Source: an uncultured Planctomycetia bacterium (lineage in GTDB: Bacteria > Omnitrophota > Gorgyraeia > B26-G9). Taken from it: a stretch of DNA of 64,000 nt. Positions 30,792 through 41,490 of this stretch are shown here, one piece after another. Where the stretch lies: NCBI GenBank assembly GCA_964437495.1, contig CAYTGV010000011.1:3964-67963 (forward strand), in the 5' to 3' direction. The notes under the pieces are model-generated. The model was not told where the DNA came from. It made no database searches and worked only from the letters and a program-made list of their open reading frames with translations. The stretch's first letter is position 1. Every line of letters begins with the position of its first letter. Made by a program: the position numbers and the translations under genes.

Positions 30792-32284
30792 CTGTTTATT
30801 ATTCTCATTATATCTACCCAGATCATCTGAAAACTCCTTACGGGATGCCTGAGAATAATGCCTAAGTATTTCTTAAAAAAACGCACAGGATGACGAAACA
30901 TCTGTCCGATATTATAAAAAACAAATTGATAGATCACCATTTTTTCTATCTCTTTTGAGCTAAAATCTTCAGTATCAATATGAGCCAGGCCATATTCAAT
31001 ATTTTCAAAATCGAAATCATCTTTTATGTACCCTTTTTTAATACAGGTTTCATATAATTCAGATCCAGGCGTAGGATTAGCCATAAAGAACCAGGCGCTA
31101 TCCAAGTCCATTTCCCAGGCAAAATCAAAAGTTCTTTTGATCTGTTCCTTTGTTTCTCCGGGGAAACCTGAAATAAAAAAGGAATTCACCTGTAGGCGAA
31201 TTTGCTTCATTTTCATTACCAGCTTTTTTGCCTTTTCCAGGTTCAGGGGCTTTTTTATAATTTTATTAAGGACCTCCTGATCCCCGCTCTCAAAAGCAAC
31301 TGTTAATTCATAGCAACCGCTTCTTTTCATTAATACAAGCATCCGTTCATCAAGTGTCCATATGGCAATGCCATTCGGGGTACTCCATTGTATATCTAGA
31401 TTTCTTTCGATAAGCCCTTTAAATATTCTTTCAGCTCTTGCTTTATCCTGTGTCAGATTATCATCAATAAACTGTATCTCTTTAAAATTATATTTACGAA
31501 CTAAAAACTCTATCTCATCAAGCACATTGCCGCTTGAACGCATACGGTATTGCCTGCCCCAGTAATTTTTAGAAGAGCAAAAAACACAGTTTGCCACACA
31601 GCCTCGACTTGTAAGCACGGGAGCGATCTTTCTGCTTTTCGAGGTTATAGAAAAAGGTATATTTTTTTTAGCATAAAAATCAAGCGGAAACAGCTCTAGA
31701 GCAGGAAAAGGCAGCTCATCCAGATTTTCAATATATTCAGTTTTAGGATTTATTTTAAAAAAACCGTTTTCGCGATAAGCCAGACCGTTTATAGATTTGG
31801 GATCTTCCCCAAGATTTATTTTAACAAGCAGGTCTTTGAATGACCTTTCCCCTTCGCTCAAAACTATAAAGTCGATTTCTTTATGATCTCTCATTATACG
31901 ATCAGCTAGAAATGTGGGATGTGTGCCTCCGGTTACCGTAATGATACTTTTATTCAGCTTTTTGATCATCGCACACAGCTGCAAAACTTCCGGAAAGTGA
32001 AACGAGGAAATACAGGTAATGCCTACAACATCTGGAGAAAATTCTTTGATCTTATCTAAAATTTCATCCGGCTTCAGGCCAAAATATTCCCATTTACTGT
32101 TTTTTGGAGCATAATTTTTAAATGCAGCCCGGCCGTCAACTACCTTAACCTGAAAATCATCTTTGAGGACAGCAGCAAGATAAGCCAATCCCATCGGGAG
32201 CTCACATCTTTGAAAATGACCTTTCAATACCTTGCCAGGTGGAAAAACAAGCATTACTTTTTTTATCTTCCTTGATAATGACAC
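30788..32284 (-). CDS. B12-binding domain radical SAM protein (class B), tandem paralog
   Basis: SRGCVANCVFCSS. Its N-terminus KIKKVMLVFPP is nearly identical to the downstream paralog. Confidence 0.8.
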   Translation of the reverse strand: MSLSRKIKKVMLVFPPGKVLKGHFQRCELPMGLAYLAAVLKDDFQVKVVDGRAAFKNYAPKNSKWEYFGLKPDEILDKIKEFSPDVVGITCISSFHFPEVLQLCAMIKKLNKSIITVTGGTHPTFLADRIMRDHKEIDFIVLSEGERSFKDLLVKINLGEDPKSINGLAYRENGFFKINPKTEYIENLDELPFPALELFPLDFYAKKNIPFSITSKSRKIAPVLTSRGCVANCVFCSSKNYWGRQYRMRSSGNVLDEIEFLVRKYNFKEIQFIDDNLTQDKARAERIFKGLIERNLDIQWSTPNGIAIWTLDERMLVLMKRSGCYELTVAFESGDQEVLNKIIKKPLNLEKAKKLVMKMKQIRLQVNSFFISGFPGETKEQIKRTFDFAWEMDLDSAWFFMANPTPGSELYETCIKKGYIKDDFDFENIEYGLAHIDTEDFSSKEIEKMVIYQFVFYNIGQMFRHPVRFFKKYLGIILRHPVRSFQMIWVDIMRIINR

Positions 32285-32410
32285 TAAATACCCCTTTTAT
32301 TTTTATTGAATTATTATATAATTTTAACACATAAATTCACTTCTTACAAACACAAACATACATGATTTGACATGCCTGCGCATAAATGTTAGACTAAGTA
32401 TTAATTAATT

Positions 32411-33829
32411 ATGAATATTGCACTAATTCGTCCCCCAAAAATAAGCGGCGCTTTTGAGGAATTTTTTATCCAAGAGCCAATTAATCTAGTTTATCTTGCC
32501 ACATATCTTAGAGCTCGAGGATATAATGGCATAATCATTGATTTTGAAGTCGAGCCATTCAACGAATACTATCTCTCCTCTATTTTAGCTAAGCATTCCA
32601 TTGGACTTGTCGGGATCACAGCCATGACTCCGACTATTAATAATGCCCACGAAGTCGCTCTCTTGGTCAAAAAATACCGCAAAGATATCCCCGTAGTTGT
32701 TGGCGGGCCTCATGTATCGGCAATACCTGAGATTTCAATGCGTGAATTTCCGGCATTTAATTATTGTGTTATTGGCGAAGGTGAAAATCCTTTACTTGAT
32801 TTATGCGATAAAATATCAAATCAGGCTCCGGTTATTAATATTAAAGGACTTGCCGGAAGAAATAACAAGGAAATTTTCGTAAACACCCCATTGGATTATA
32901 TTCAAGACCTGGACACTCTGCCAATGCCTGATCGAAGTCTTTTAAAGCGTGATCTATACTCCCACGCATACGCAGCTGGAATAAACAAAGGAAAAAAAAG
33001 AGCCACAGTTGTCTTTACCTCACGCGGCTGCTCACAGAAATGCTCTTTTTGCGCCGTAGAGAAAACCACCGGAGATATTGTTAGATTTAGGAGTACAGCT
33101 AATGTAATCGCTGAGCTGAAGGACTGCCGTGATAGATTTGGATATAATCATATTACTTTTGAAGACACAAACCTGACATTAAATCGCAAAAGATTCATTG
33201 ATATCTGCCAGGGGCTTAAGGCCTTGAATCTAACCTGGGATTGCCAAACCAAAGTCAGCATGGTTGATGAAGATTTGATCAGAATAATGAAACATTGCGG
33301 CTGTCTGAAAATAGCCTACGGGGTAGAATCAGGAAGCCCTAAGATCCTTAAGCTTATAAAAAAGAATATCACTATTGAGCAGATCAAAAAAGCATTTAAG
33401 CTCACGCATAAGGCTAAAATAATTGCCTGTGCTTTCTTTATTCTCGGATCTCACCCAGAGGAAAATGCCGATGATATTGCCCTAACAGAAAAAATCATAC
33501 ATATTATCATGCCTGATGTTTTCCAGCTTGGGATAATATGTCCATATCCGGGCACAGAGACTTTTCGGATTATGAAAAAAGAGGGTTTGATAACTGATAT
33601 TGATTGGAAAAAATTCAACTTCATGCACGCAAGCCAGCCATGGGGAACCAAATATTTAAGCTCAAGAGATTTGATTAGATTTCAAAAGAGAATTTACCTG
33701 CGATATATTTTTAGTCCGGCTTTTCTATGGTCCTTATTACTAAAAATGCTTAATCCGACCCAGGCAAAAGATATAATCAAACTTGGTTTTTATATGCTTA
33801 AATATCTAATCATCGAAAAACGCCGCTGA
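32411..33829 (+). CDS. B12-binding domain radical SAM protein (class B)
   Basis: SRGCSQKCSFCAV, with the N-terminal B12-binding region. Confidence 0.8.
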   Translation: MNIALIRPPKISGAFEEFFIQEPINLVYLATYLRARGYNGIIIDFEVEPFNEYYLSSILAKHSIGLVGITAMTPTINNAHEVALLVKKYRKDIPVVVGGPHVSAIPEISMREFPAFNYCVIGEGENPLLDLCDKISNQAPVINIKGLAGRNNKEIFVNTPLDYIQDLDTLPMPDRSLLKRDLYSHAYAAGINKGKKRATVVFTSRGCSQKCSFCAVEKTTGDIVRFRSTANVIAELKDCRDRFGYNHITFEDTNLTLNRKRFIDICQGLKALNLTWDCQTKVSMVDEDLIRIMKHCGCLKIAYGVESGSPKILKLIKKNITIEQIKKAFKLTHKAKIIACAFFILGSHPEENADDIALTEKIIHIIMPDVFQLGIICPYPGTETFRIMKKEGLITDIDWKKFNFMHASQPWGTKYLSSRDLIRFQKRIYLRYIFSPAFLWSLLLKMLNPTQAKDIIKLGFYMLKYLIIEKRR

Positions 33830-34574
33830 GCTTGGCATGTAATTCCTTGCCGATAAGCTGCAAATAACCTTGAATTGTCTCTTTGATATTCATTTTACTC
33901 TTACCCGTACGCAGATCAAAACGCAGATCAATAGGAACCTCTTCTAATTTTATCCCCAACGGCTTTAACTTTATAAGTATTTCCGCCATACAGGAAAAAC
34001 CCTTCTGCATAAGAAATCTGTCCTTGTAAAAATCAAGTGCTCTTTTTAAAACAAATATTTTATAAGCCCGAAAAAATGTTGTATAATCTCTTGCCCCTTT
34101 TATGGGAAAAATCAAGCGCAACATTGCATTAATGCCATCACTTAAAAAAGCGCGCATAAAAGGCAGGTTAACACATTTGCTGTTCTTATGATAACGAGAA
34201 GCTATCGCTACATCATTGCCTTCATCCAGAGCATCAATAAGCAGGTTAAATGTCTGGGCTTTATGTGTTTGGTCACAGTCCATGGATATCATGATATCAT
34301 CATTTTCAGAATGCCGGCAGATCCATTCTATTCCCTGGCGGAAAACCGCGTCCACTCCCCTATTTTCATCAAAAGATAAAATTTGAAGAGGAAATAAATC
34401 CCGAACAGATTCAAGCACCTTTAGGGTATTATCAATGCTGCCGTCATTGACAACCAAGACGCGGTATAACACCTTACGGCTATCAAGAACCTGTCTAATC
34501 TCATCCAATATCGCTTTAACATTTTTCTCTTCATTATAAGCCGGAAGTAGAACAAAAATCATGTGCAGCACCAT
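33810..34574 (-). CDS. Family 2 glycosyltransferase (dolichyl/polyprenyl-phosphate sugar synthase-like)
   Basis: An N-terminal LLPAYNEE...VVNDGSID...MDCD pattern of DPM/GtrB-type GT2 enzymes. Confidence 0.75.
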   Translation of the reverse strand: MVLHMIFVLLPAYNEEKNVKAILDEIRQVLDSRKVLYRVLVVNDGSIDNTLKVLESVRDLFPLQILSFDENRGVDAVFRQGIEWICRHSENDDIMISMDCDQTHKAQTFNLLIDALDEGNDVAIASRYHKNSKCVNLPFMRAFLSDGINAMLRLIFPIKGARDYTTFFRAYKIFVLKRALDFYKDRFLMQKGFSCMAEILIKLKPLGIKLEEVPIDLRFDLRTGKSKMNIKETIQGYLQLIGKELHAKLSGVFR

Positions 34575-34644
34575 CCCTTTTTTGCTTTTTTCTTGTTTAT
34601 GTAAAATGAAAGAACCTGATTATACCGATTGAAAACCATTTAAC

Positions 34645-35550
34645 TTAATTAAGCATGTCCCCATTTTTTTTAATTAGCTCAATTGTATTCAAAAGCTTAA
34701 ATTCAGATTTCAGTTTTTTTATCATATATTCACAGATATTTTTTCTTTTTTCTAAACTTTTGAATAAGGGCAGCTTTAAATCATATTTATTTATATCCAC
34801 AAGATCCATCCCATGGAATACATAGTTTAAAGTCATTTGTCTTTTCTTAAACGCTCTTATCCCCCAATCGAAAAGCCATTTCCCGCAGATAAAAACATAA
34901 GTACTGTGCATAGGCAGTCGCAGACCAGGCAGAACACTTATTGGTATTTCATACAATTTACCATCACCTTCTTTTGCCATATTTTTTACATTCGGCTTAT
35001 ATGGGCAAAGCGGCGCGTTCGCAAATCTAATATTGCTGCCGGCGATATCTACCGGTTTGCCTCCTAAAACAGAATGCGCACAGTTCAGAGCTAAAGAATT
35101 GATAAAAGAAGGCAATACAGAGCTGTCATAGGTATATCCCAAATCCTCAAGTATTTTCAGGACCCGCTCATTTATACTAAAAGTCGGAGCTCTAAACCCC
35201 TCTACTTTTTTGCCGCTAATACGCTCTAATATATCATGGCTGTTTTTGATCTCATCAATAAGGCTTGCCTCTTCCAAATCTTTAAAATTAAGCGGATGAC
35301 TCATGCTGTGGTTGGCGATTTCATGCCCCTGGTCCGCAATCTGCTTGATGATCTTTGCATGTTCAGGCACAAGCGCGTCAGAGCCGATCACAAAAAACGT
35401 GGCCTTAATGTCATTCCTTGCAAAAATATCCAGGAAACGCTGAACTCCCTGACTGTAAACAGGATCAGGGGTATTTTCCACAGGGGTCTGATTCAAATAT
35501 CTCCGATAGGTCCACAAGCTGTCCAAATCAACCTGTATAGTCGATATCAT
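34645..35550 (-). CDS. Polysaccharide deacetylase (CE4) family protein
   Basis: TFFVIG...HSMSHP are NodB-type motifs. Confidence 0.7.
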   Translation of the reverse strand: MISTIQVDLDSLWTYRRYLNQTPVENTPDPVYSQGVQRFLDIFARNDIKATFFVIGSDALVPEHAKIIKQIADQGHEIANHSMSHPLNFKDLEEASLIDEIKNSHDILERISGKKVEGFRAPTFSINERVLKILEDLGYTYDSSVLPSFINSLALNCAHSVLGGKPVDIAGSNIRFANAPLCPYKPNVKNMAKEGDGKLYEIPISVLPGLRLPMHSTYVFICGKWLFDWGIRAFKKRQMTLNYVFHGMDLVDINKYDLKLPLFKSLEKRKNICEYMIKKLKSEFKLLNTIELIKKNGDMLN

Positions 35551-36803
35551 CGGTTGCCCCTTTCTATAATCTTTTTAAAAACAAGCTCTGCCTTCAAAGC
35601 CTGGGTATTGATTGTTTTAAGTAAATGCCGCTCATACATTGCCTCCGGCATATAAAATCCTTCGGCATTTTCTTTAAAAGAAACAACCTTATCAATAAAA
35701 AAATTACTCAGCACCGGCTCAATAAATTTGTCCTGAAAAAACTTTTTTTCAACAATCTGAGTCGGATCAAAATCCGCGTCAATATTATTTAATACCCTAA
35801 GGCAATCATCAAAGATTATCTCCTGGTCCTGTTCGTTTATACTATTAGCGCGCCGGTAGACAGGATAATATACAACATTCTCACCACTAAGCGCCGATGT
35901 ATCAATAATTACTCTGCTCATGGCGTCCCCTTGCTGATTAATAAATAACCAGTATCCAGGCCGAAGAGGTCTTCTAAGTTTTAAAACATAGCAGCCCACG
36001 TTTAAATAATCTGTTTGAGGTATATTCAGCTCATTCTTTAGCTCATCATCGCATAATTGCCCGATCTCTTTTAATGAGCTACAGCCAATAACACAATCAA
36101 ATTCCGCAAAAGATGTATTATCATACAACAACCATTTATTATCGGACTTATGTACGATTCTATTAATCGTCCTGCCTAACATTATCTTTGCACCTGTGCT
36201 GCGGATTCTATTAATCAAGGCCTTTACAATCGCCTCTATCCCGCCGTTTAAAACACCTATTTCATTGTGTTTTCCTTCATTTATCCTTGCCCAAAGATAA
36301 CTGGCGCTAACATCATCATAGTTTTGAAATTTAAATTTCAACATCCCCTTAAAATAACGCTCAAACACATTCTTTGTACAATTATCCTCGACCCAGGAAG
36401 ATGCGCTATGTTTATTAAACTGAACCCCTTGTTTTGCAATACTTGCCTTGGACAAAAAAACAGCCAATTTAATCTTCTCAATAATATTTACTCCCGGCAG
36501 AGAGAACAGGCTTAGAGGCCGGCTCATATCGAAAAACTGACCATTGATAATACTTGCCTGTTTTGCCTTTTTCCACTTAAGGCTATTTCCCAATCCTAGC
36601 TCATTAATAACCCTGATTATTTCTAAATCCCTTTTTGAAAAAAAGTGATTATATCTTTCGATCTGCACTTTATCTAAACTGGCAGAAGAACACAGTCCTC
36701 CCGCATAATCCTGCTTTTCAAAAACACTGACTTCAAACCTGGGTGAAAGCCTGTAAGCACACATCAATCCGCTTATGCCAGCGCCTATTATAGCGATCCT
36801 CAT
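35547..36803 (-). CDS. FAD-dependent oxidoreductase (amine oxidase/phytoene desaturase-like)
   Basis: The N-terminus MRIAIIGAGISGLMCAY is a GxGxxG dinucleotide-binding fold. Confidence 0.7.
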   Translation of the reverse strand: MRIAIIGAGISGLMCAYRLSPRFEVSVFEKQDYAGGLCSSASLDKVQIERYNHFFSKRDLEIIRVINELGLGNSLKWKKAKQASIINGQFFDMSRPLSLFSLPGVNIIEKIKLAVFLSKASIAKQGVQFNKHSASSWVEDNCTKNVFERYFKGMLKFKFQNYDDVSASYLWARINEGKHNEIGVLNGGIEAIVKALINRIRSTGAKIMLGRTINRIVHKSDNKWLLYDNTSFAEFDCVIGCSSLKEIGQLCDDELKNELNIPQTDYLNVGCYVLKLRRPLRPGYWLFINQQGDAMSRVIIDTSALSGENVVYYPVYRRANSINEQDQEIIFDDCLRVLNNIDADFDPTQIVEKKFFQDKFIEPVLSNFFIDKVVSFKENAEGFYMPEAMYERHLLKTINTQALKAELVFKKIIERGNR

Positions 36804-38200
36804 GATTTAACTCTTCCTTTTAATTGATCCCTGCAAATAGACCAGAATATCCGCACAGCAACCCGCAGTCTGCTTAGAGAGTTTATCCTAAGCAGCCTCT
36901 TCCAGATATATCCAGGACGAAAATAAAAAACACGCATTGCAATATTGCGCAGCTGCCATATTCTGGCTTTACTTATAAACTCACTTTCAATAACAGGAAA
37001 CTCCGTACGATCAAATTTATAAATATTTTTAAGTTCCGGATCTTTTTTTTCAAGATCCGTCCTTATCTGGCTGCCGAAATCAGGAACAAAAACAGAAAAT
37101 GCGGCATAATCGCAATTCAGATCACAGGCAAAATCAATGGTCATTTTAATGCTCGCCTCATCTTCCTGGGGCAACCCGATAATAAAAAAACCTATTGTTT
37201 CTAAGCCCTCTCTTTGACATAATCCGAATGCATTGCGTATGGTTTTAGCATCAATACACTTAGAAAGTGCGGCAAGCACCTTTTCATTCTGCGACTCCAC
37301 TCCAAATTGAATAGTATGGCATCCTGCATTTTTCATAACCCGGGCCAGTTCCGCGTCAAAGCAATCAACCCTGCTCAGGCAATCCCAGCTAAGATCCAGT
37401 CCCTCTTTGATCATCGCCCTGCAGATATTCAGGCAATGGCCTTTATCAGCAGTAAAAGTAAAATCAGGAAAGTGAACCTCCTTTATCCCCAATTTCTTTA
37501 TTGCCTTTAGCTCAATCATTAAATTATCTATATCTCTTTTCTGATAAGGGATTGAGGCACTTGAGCAGAATTTACAGTTAAAAGGACATCCGCTTGAGAT
37601 CAGCACACAAGTGAGGGGTGATTTTCTTGCCTGAGGCAGACGGTATTTATCAAGCGGAAATAATTCATGCCTAGCAATCGGATAGGAAAAAAAATCTCTT
37701 TGACTCTCCGAAGATAACGGAGTTTGAATAAGCTCCCCGGCCTTATGCCATATACCTTCTAAAGGGCCGCCCTTTCCTTTAATATACTCGACTACCCCGC
37801 TTTTAGTATAATCTACAATAATCGCGTCTATAAACCAAAATTCTCTTAGATATTTCGGGGTATCATGACGGAGAAACCCTCCGTTAAGAATGATTTTTAC
37901 ATTACATTCTTTTTTTAATTTTTCAAATAAAAGAAAATCCTCATCTTTACTTGCTGATGAGGTTAATGCGCAAACAGCCCTAAATGCTGATTTTTTTACA
38001 ATTTGCAAAACTTGATCTGCTGAAATATTATCAGCAATAGCATCGATTACCTCAATTTTGAAATGGCTGCTTAGGATGCCGCTTAAAACAAGCAGATCAA
38101 TCGCCGGCCAATAATAATCAGCCTTGGCAGATGAACTGCAATATTGGTCCCTAAGATACTTATTTTCCCCTGGCGGATTTAAAAGCAATATTTTATTCAT
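36800..38200 (-). CDS. B12-binding domain radical SAM protein (class B)
   Basis: SSGCPFNCKFCSS. This is the fourth paralog in the cluster. Confidence 0.8.
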   Translation of the reverse strand: MNKILLLNPPGENKYLRDQYCSSSAKADYYWPAIDLLVLSGILSSHFKIEVIDAIADNISADQVLQIVKKSAFRAVCALTSSASKDEDFLLFEKLKKECNVKIILNGGFLRHDTPKYLREFWFIDAIIVDYTKSGVVEYIKGKGGPLEGIWHKAGELIQTPLSSESQRDFFSYPIARHELFPLDKYRLPQARKSPLTCVLISSGCPFNCKFCSSASIPYQKRDIDNLMIELKAIKKLGIKEVHFPDFTFTADKGHCLNICRAMIKEGLDLSWDCLSRVDCFDAELARVMKNAGCHTIQFGVESQNEKVLAALSKCIDAKTIRNAFGLCQREGLETIGFFIIGLPQEDEASIKMTIDFACDLNCDYAAFSVFVPDFGSQIRTDLEKKDPELKNIYKFDRTEFPVIESEFISKARIWQLRNIAMRVFYFRPGYIWKRLLRINSLSRLRVAVRIFWSICRDQLKGRVKS

Positions 38201-38716
38201 TATCGTATGAGTATAACATAAGCAGACTTAGGGAGCAAATCACCTTCTAAAAATCCGACAGGCAATTCCCCTTCGCTAAAGCTATGGAGAACAGATAGAC
38301 GGTCACTTGCTTCGCTCCTTGAGACGAAGGACGAAAAAGCTTAAACAAGTAATAATCATTACTTTCAAAAACTAGTGTCCAGAAAACAATCTACAGCGGA
38401 TGGGAAAACTATTATTGCGGATTTAATCAGTTCTTGTTACATGGATGTTATAATCAACTGATTACCTCGGAGTTTTACAGAGATGTAAAATAAGAATGCC
38501 CCCGGATCATCTTCGAAGCTCAATGTGGCGAGCCTCGCCATGCTTTTTGGCGGGAGTAAAAAAAATTTTATATACGCACTCGTATAGGCATCATTGATTG
38601 TTTTCAAAAGCATTTTTTCACTCCGAACTTCCCTTAAAAACATAATTGATTACACATAAATCTACTTGAAGAGTTTAGCTTCTTGCTTTAATAGTTAAGT
38701 TAAGCTATAATCATTT

Positions 38717-40189
38717 TTGGAGGAAATAATGGCTTTTAAACAGAGATTATTACAAAAACAAGTTCAGAAAATGATCATGTCGATGAAAATGCAGCAGTCG
38801 ATGCAGATTCTACAGCTGCCTATTGTCGAGATCAACCAGTTGATCGCCAATGAATTGGCAATAAATCCGGTGCTTGAGGATTCTTTAGTAGCCTCAAACA
38901 AAGAAGTTAATGATTCGCAGAAAATAAGTCCTGAAGAACAGCAAGCCAAGGAAAACAAGGCCATTGATAATTCATTAAATGATACCCCGCGCATCCGAGA
39001 AGAAAAAAATATTAAATTCGAAGCAGACTGGCTGGAGCATGATAATATCTGGTTTTCAGATTTTTTTGATAAAAGCAAGGTAAATGCTTCTATTGATAGG
39101 CATAATTTTCAGGAAACTCTAATTACAAAATCATCGACTTTACCTGAGGAGCTGATGCGGCAATACCGAATGATGAATCTCAATGAAGAGCATATTGAGA
39201 TCGCTGAACAAATAATCGGCAATATTGCTGAAAACGGATATCTTACTGCCAGCATTGAAGAGATCTCTGCTTCCTCCGGGTTTCCCGAGGAATTGATAAA
39301 AAACGTGCTGAAAAAGGTGCAATCTCTGGAACCAGCAGGAATTGCTGCGCGTGATCTCAAAGAATGCCTTATCTTACAGCTAAAGCGTCAGAACAAAGAA
39401 GATTCAAATGAGGCAATAATAATTAAGAACTTCCTAAACGAGCTTGCCGCAAAAAAATACATACTAATCAGCAAAGCACTTAAGATTTCCTTACCTCAAG
39501 TTAAAAAATATGCCAAAAATATAAGCAATCTGGATCCTAAGCCATGCCGTAATTATGCCGCAGGCGCACTATGCATTGTACCTGATGTCATCTTAGAGAA
39601 GGCACCAGGCGGGTATGAAATTATCATCAACGCTAAAAACCTGCCTCAGCTGTCAATATCTCAGGTGTATAGGAAAATTCTTAAAGACAAAAACTGCCCG
39701 GAAGAAGCAATGAAATTCATTAAAGAGAAGCTGAAAAACGCGGAAAGTCTTATCAGCGGATTAAGTCAGCGCAATCAGACTTTAGAGCGAGTAACAAAAT
39801 GCATTATTTCATATCAGGGAGAATTTATTGAAAACGGAATATTTAACTTAAAACCACTGAAGCTAAAAGAGATAGCGGAAAAATTAGAAGTCCACCCTTC
39901 TACTATCAGCCGCACTGTGGCTAATAAATATATCCAGACCCCCTACGGCACATTTGCCCTGAAAAATTTCTTTTCTCAGGCAATTGTATCTGAGAGCGGA
40001 ACGCTTTCAAATCAAAAAGTCAAAGCAACTCTTGAAGAATTAATCAAAACAGAACCCGAGAATAAGCCGTACAGTGATCAGGAAATCGAAAATATCCTAA
40101 AATCCAAAGGAATGAACATCTCAAGAAGAACGGTAACAAAATACCGTAACGCGTTAAAAATCCCCCCCGCCCACTTACGGAGAAAATAA
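38717..40189 (+). CDS. rpoN: RNA polymerase sigma-54 factor
   Basis: A Gln-rich region I, an HTH, and a C-terminal RpoN box (RRTVTKYR). Confidence 0.9.
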   Translation: MEEIMAFKQRLLQKQVQKMIMSMKMQQSMQILQLPIVEINQLIANELAINPVLEDSLVASNKEVNDSQKISPEEQQAKENKAIDNSLNDTPRIREEKNIKFEADWLEHDNIWFSDFFDKSKVNASIDRHNFQETLITKSSTLPEELMRQYRMMNLNEEHIEIAEQIIGNIAENGYLTASIEEISASSGFPEELIKNVLKKVQSLEPAGIAARDLKECLILQLKRQNKEDSNEAIIIKNFLNELAAKKYILISKALKISLPQVKKYAKNISNLDPKPCRNYAAGALCIVPDVILEKAPGGYEIIINAKNLPQLSISQVYRKILKDKNCPEEAMKFIKEKLKNAESLISGLSQRNQTLERVTKCIISYQGEFIENGIFNLKPLKLKEIAEKLEVHPSTISRTVANKYIQTPYGTFALKNFFSQAIVSESGTLSNQKVKATLEELIKTEPENKPYSDQEIENILKSKGMNISRRTVTKYRNALKIPPAHLRRK

Positions 40190-41434
40190 ATTCCAATAAC
40201 CAATATTACTTGACCACGAAACCTTTATTTTATCTGAGTTGATGTCAGCGATCTTTTTTTTGTTCTGACCGCTGCAATCCATAACCCACAGCTGCGACTT
40301 ATTATCTTTCTCCTCAAGCGGAAGGACAAAGCTAAGCAATTCTCCATTATTTATCCATACCGGATGCTGCGCCGCACTAAGCACCTTTATTTCTTCACTG
40401 CCATCAGCATTCATAATTGTAATACCATCTAAAATAAACGCGATCCTATTATCCTGCGACCAGTCAAGCAATCCTGTTTTAGCATCATCAAAAGACATCT
40501 TGCGTAATTCTGATGAGTAAATATCTCCGATCCAGACATTTTCAGTACCGGTAAAAGCAATTTTCGTCCCGCCCGGAGACCAGGCAAAGTTCTCTTTACA
40601 TTTGAGTTCATCTGTAGTCAATTTTTTCATATCTTTACCGTCATTATTCATAATCCAGATTTGACCTGCTCTTAAAAAAGCCAAATACAATCCATCCGGA
40701 GACCAGCTTAAATGCTTAATTTTAGTAAGCTCATAAAAAGCCGTCAATTGAGTAATTACCTCGGTTTCTAAGTCTAGGATATAAACATTATCACTGCCTG
40801 CTGAATTTGAACCGATAAAAGCAATTTTTTTTGAAAGAGTATTGCAAGCAGGCTTCGTAGCTTTATAGGTTTCCTCATCATAAGAAAGCTTTTCCTTATT
40901 CTTGCCGCTTGTATCAATTTTCCAGATACTTCCCTCAAAATCATATATTATAGTTTTATTATCCGCAGACCAGACCGGATTATCTCCTTTAACGCCTAGC
41001 TCCTGAACATTAGCATTAATACTGACAATATTGATATCGCCTCCAGGTGAGACAAATACACCTTCGGCCGGGGTATTAAAATAAGTCAGAGAAATAGGAA
41101 TACCTTTAATTGTTTTAAGCTCAGGATTAAAGCTTATGAAATAAGAAGTAGAAGGCAGCAAAGATTTATGCGGTGAAAAAACAAGTGTATTATCCTGCCA
41201 CTTAAAACCTCCCGAGACAACCGGGAAAATATGAAAATTCTTTTCCACAGACTTTTTATCCATAGCGCAGTTAAAGGTGATCGATATTTTAGTCTGAGTA
41301 TCGACATCAACCGCACCGTAAGCAGGTTCGATTTTTTCAATCTCTGGTATTGCCCGCTGGGCAAAACATGCGCTTAGGGGCAGACAAATAGATATAGTTA
41401 AAAATAATATAAGTGTTTTATGACTAAACTTCAT
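40175..41434 (-). CDS. TolB-like periplasmic beta-propeller protein with an N-terminal Ig-like domain
   Basis: A signal peptide and multiple PD40/WD40-like segments (SWSPDG..LAF). It converges on rpoN with a 15-nt overlap. Confidence 0.6.
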   Translation of the reverse strand: MKFSHKTLILFLTISICLPLSACFAQRAIPEIEKIEPAYGAVDVDTQTKISITFNCAMDKKSVEKNFHIFPVVSGGFKWQDNTLVFSPHKSLLPSTSYFISFNPELKTIKGIPISLTYFNTPAEGVFVSPGGDINIVSINANVQELGVKGDNPVWSADNKTIIYDFEGSIWKIDTSGKNKEKLSYDEETYKATKPACNTLSKKIAFIGSNSAGSDNVYILDLETEVITQLTAFYELTKIKHLSWSPDGLYLAFLRAGQIWIMNNDGKDMKKLTTDELKCKENFAWSPGGTKIAFTGTENVWIGDIYSSELRKMSFDDAKTGLLDWSQDNRIAFILDGITIMNADGSEEIKVLSAAQHPVWINNGELLSFVLPLEEKDNKSQLWVMDCSGQNKKKIADINSDKIKVSWSSNIGYWNLFSP

Positions 41435-41490
41435 TAAGTCTCCTAATAAAAAATACGTTTCGAGGATTCAGGCACATAATATTCATATTG

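Noticed and set aside
38437-38643. ORF 38437..38643(-) in the rpoN / rSAM divergent intergenic region
   Set aside because: Low-complexity 68-aa ORF with no expression signals. The region is more likely to hold divergent promoters.
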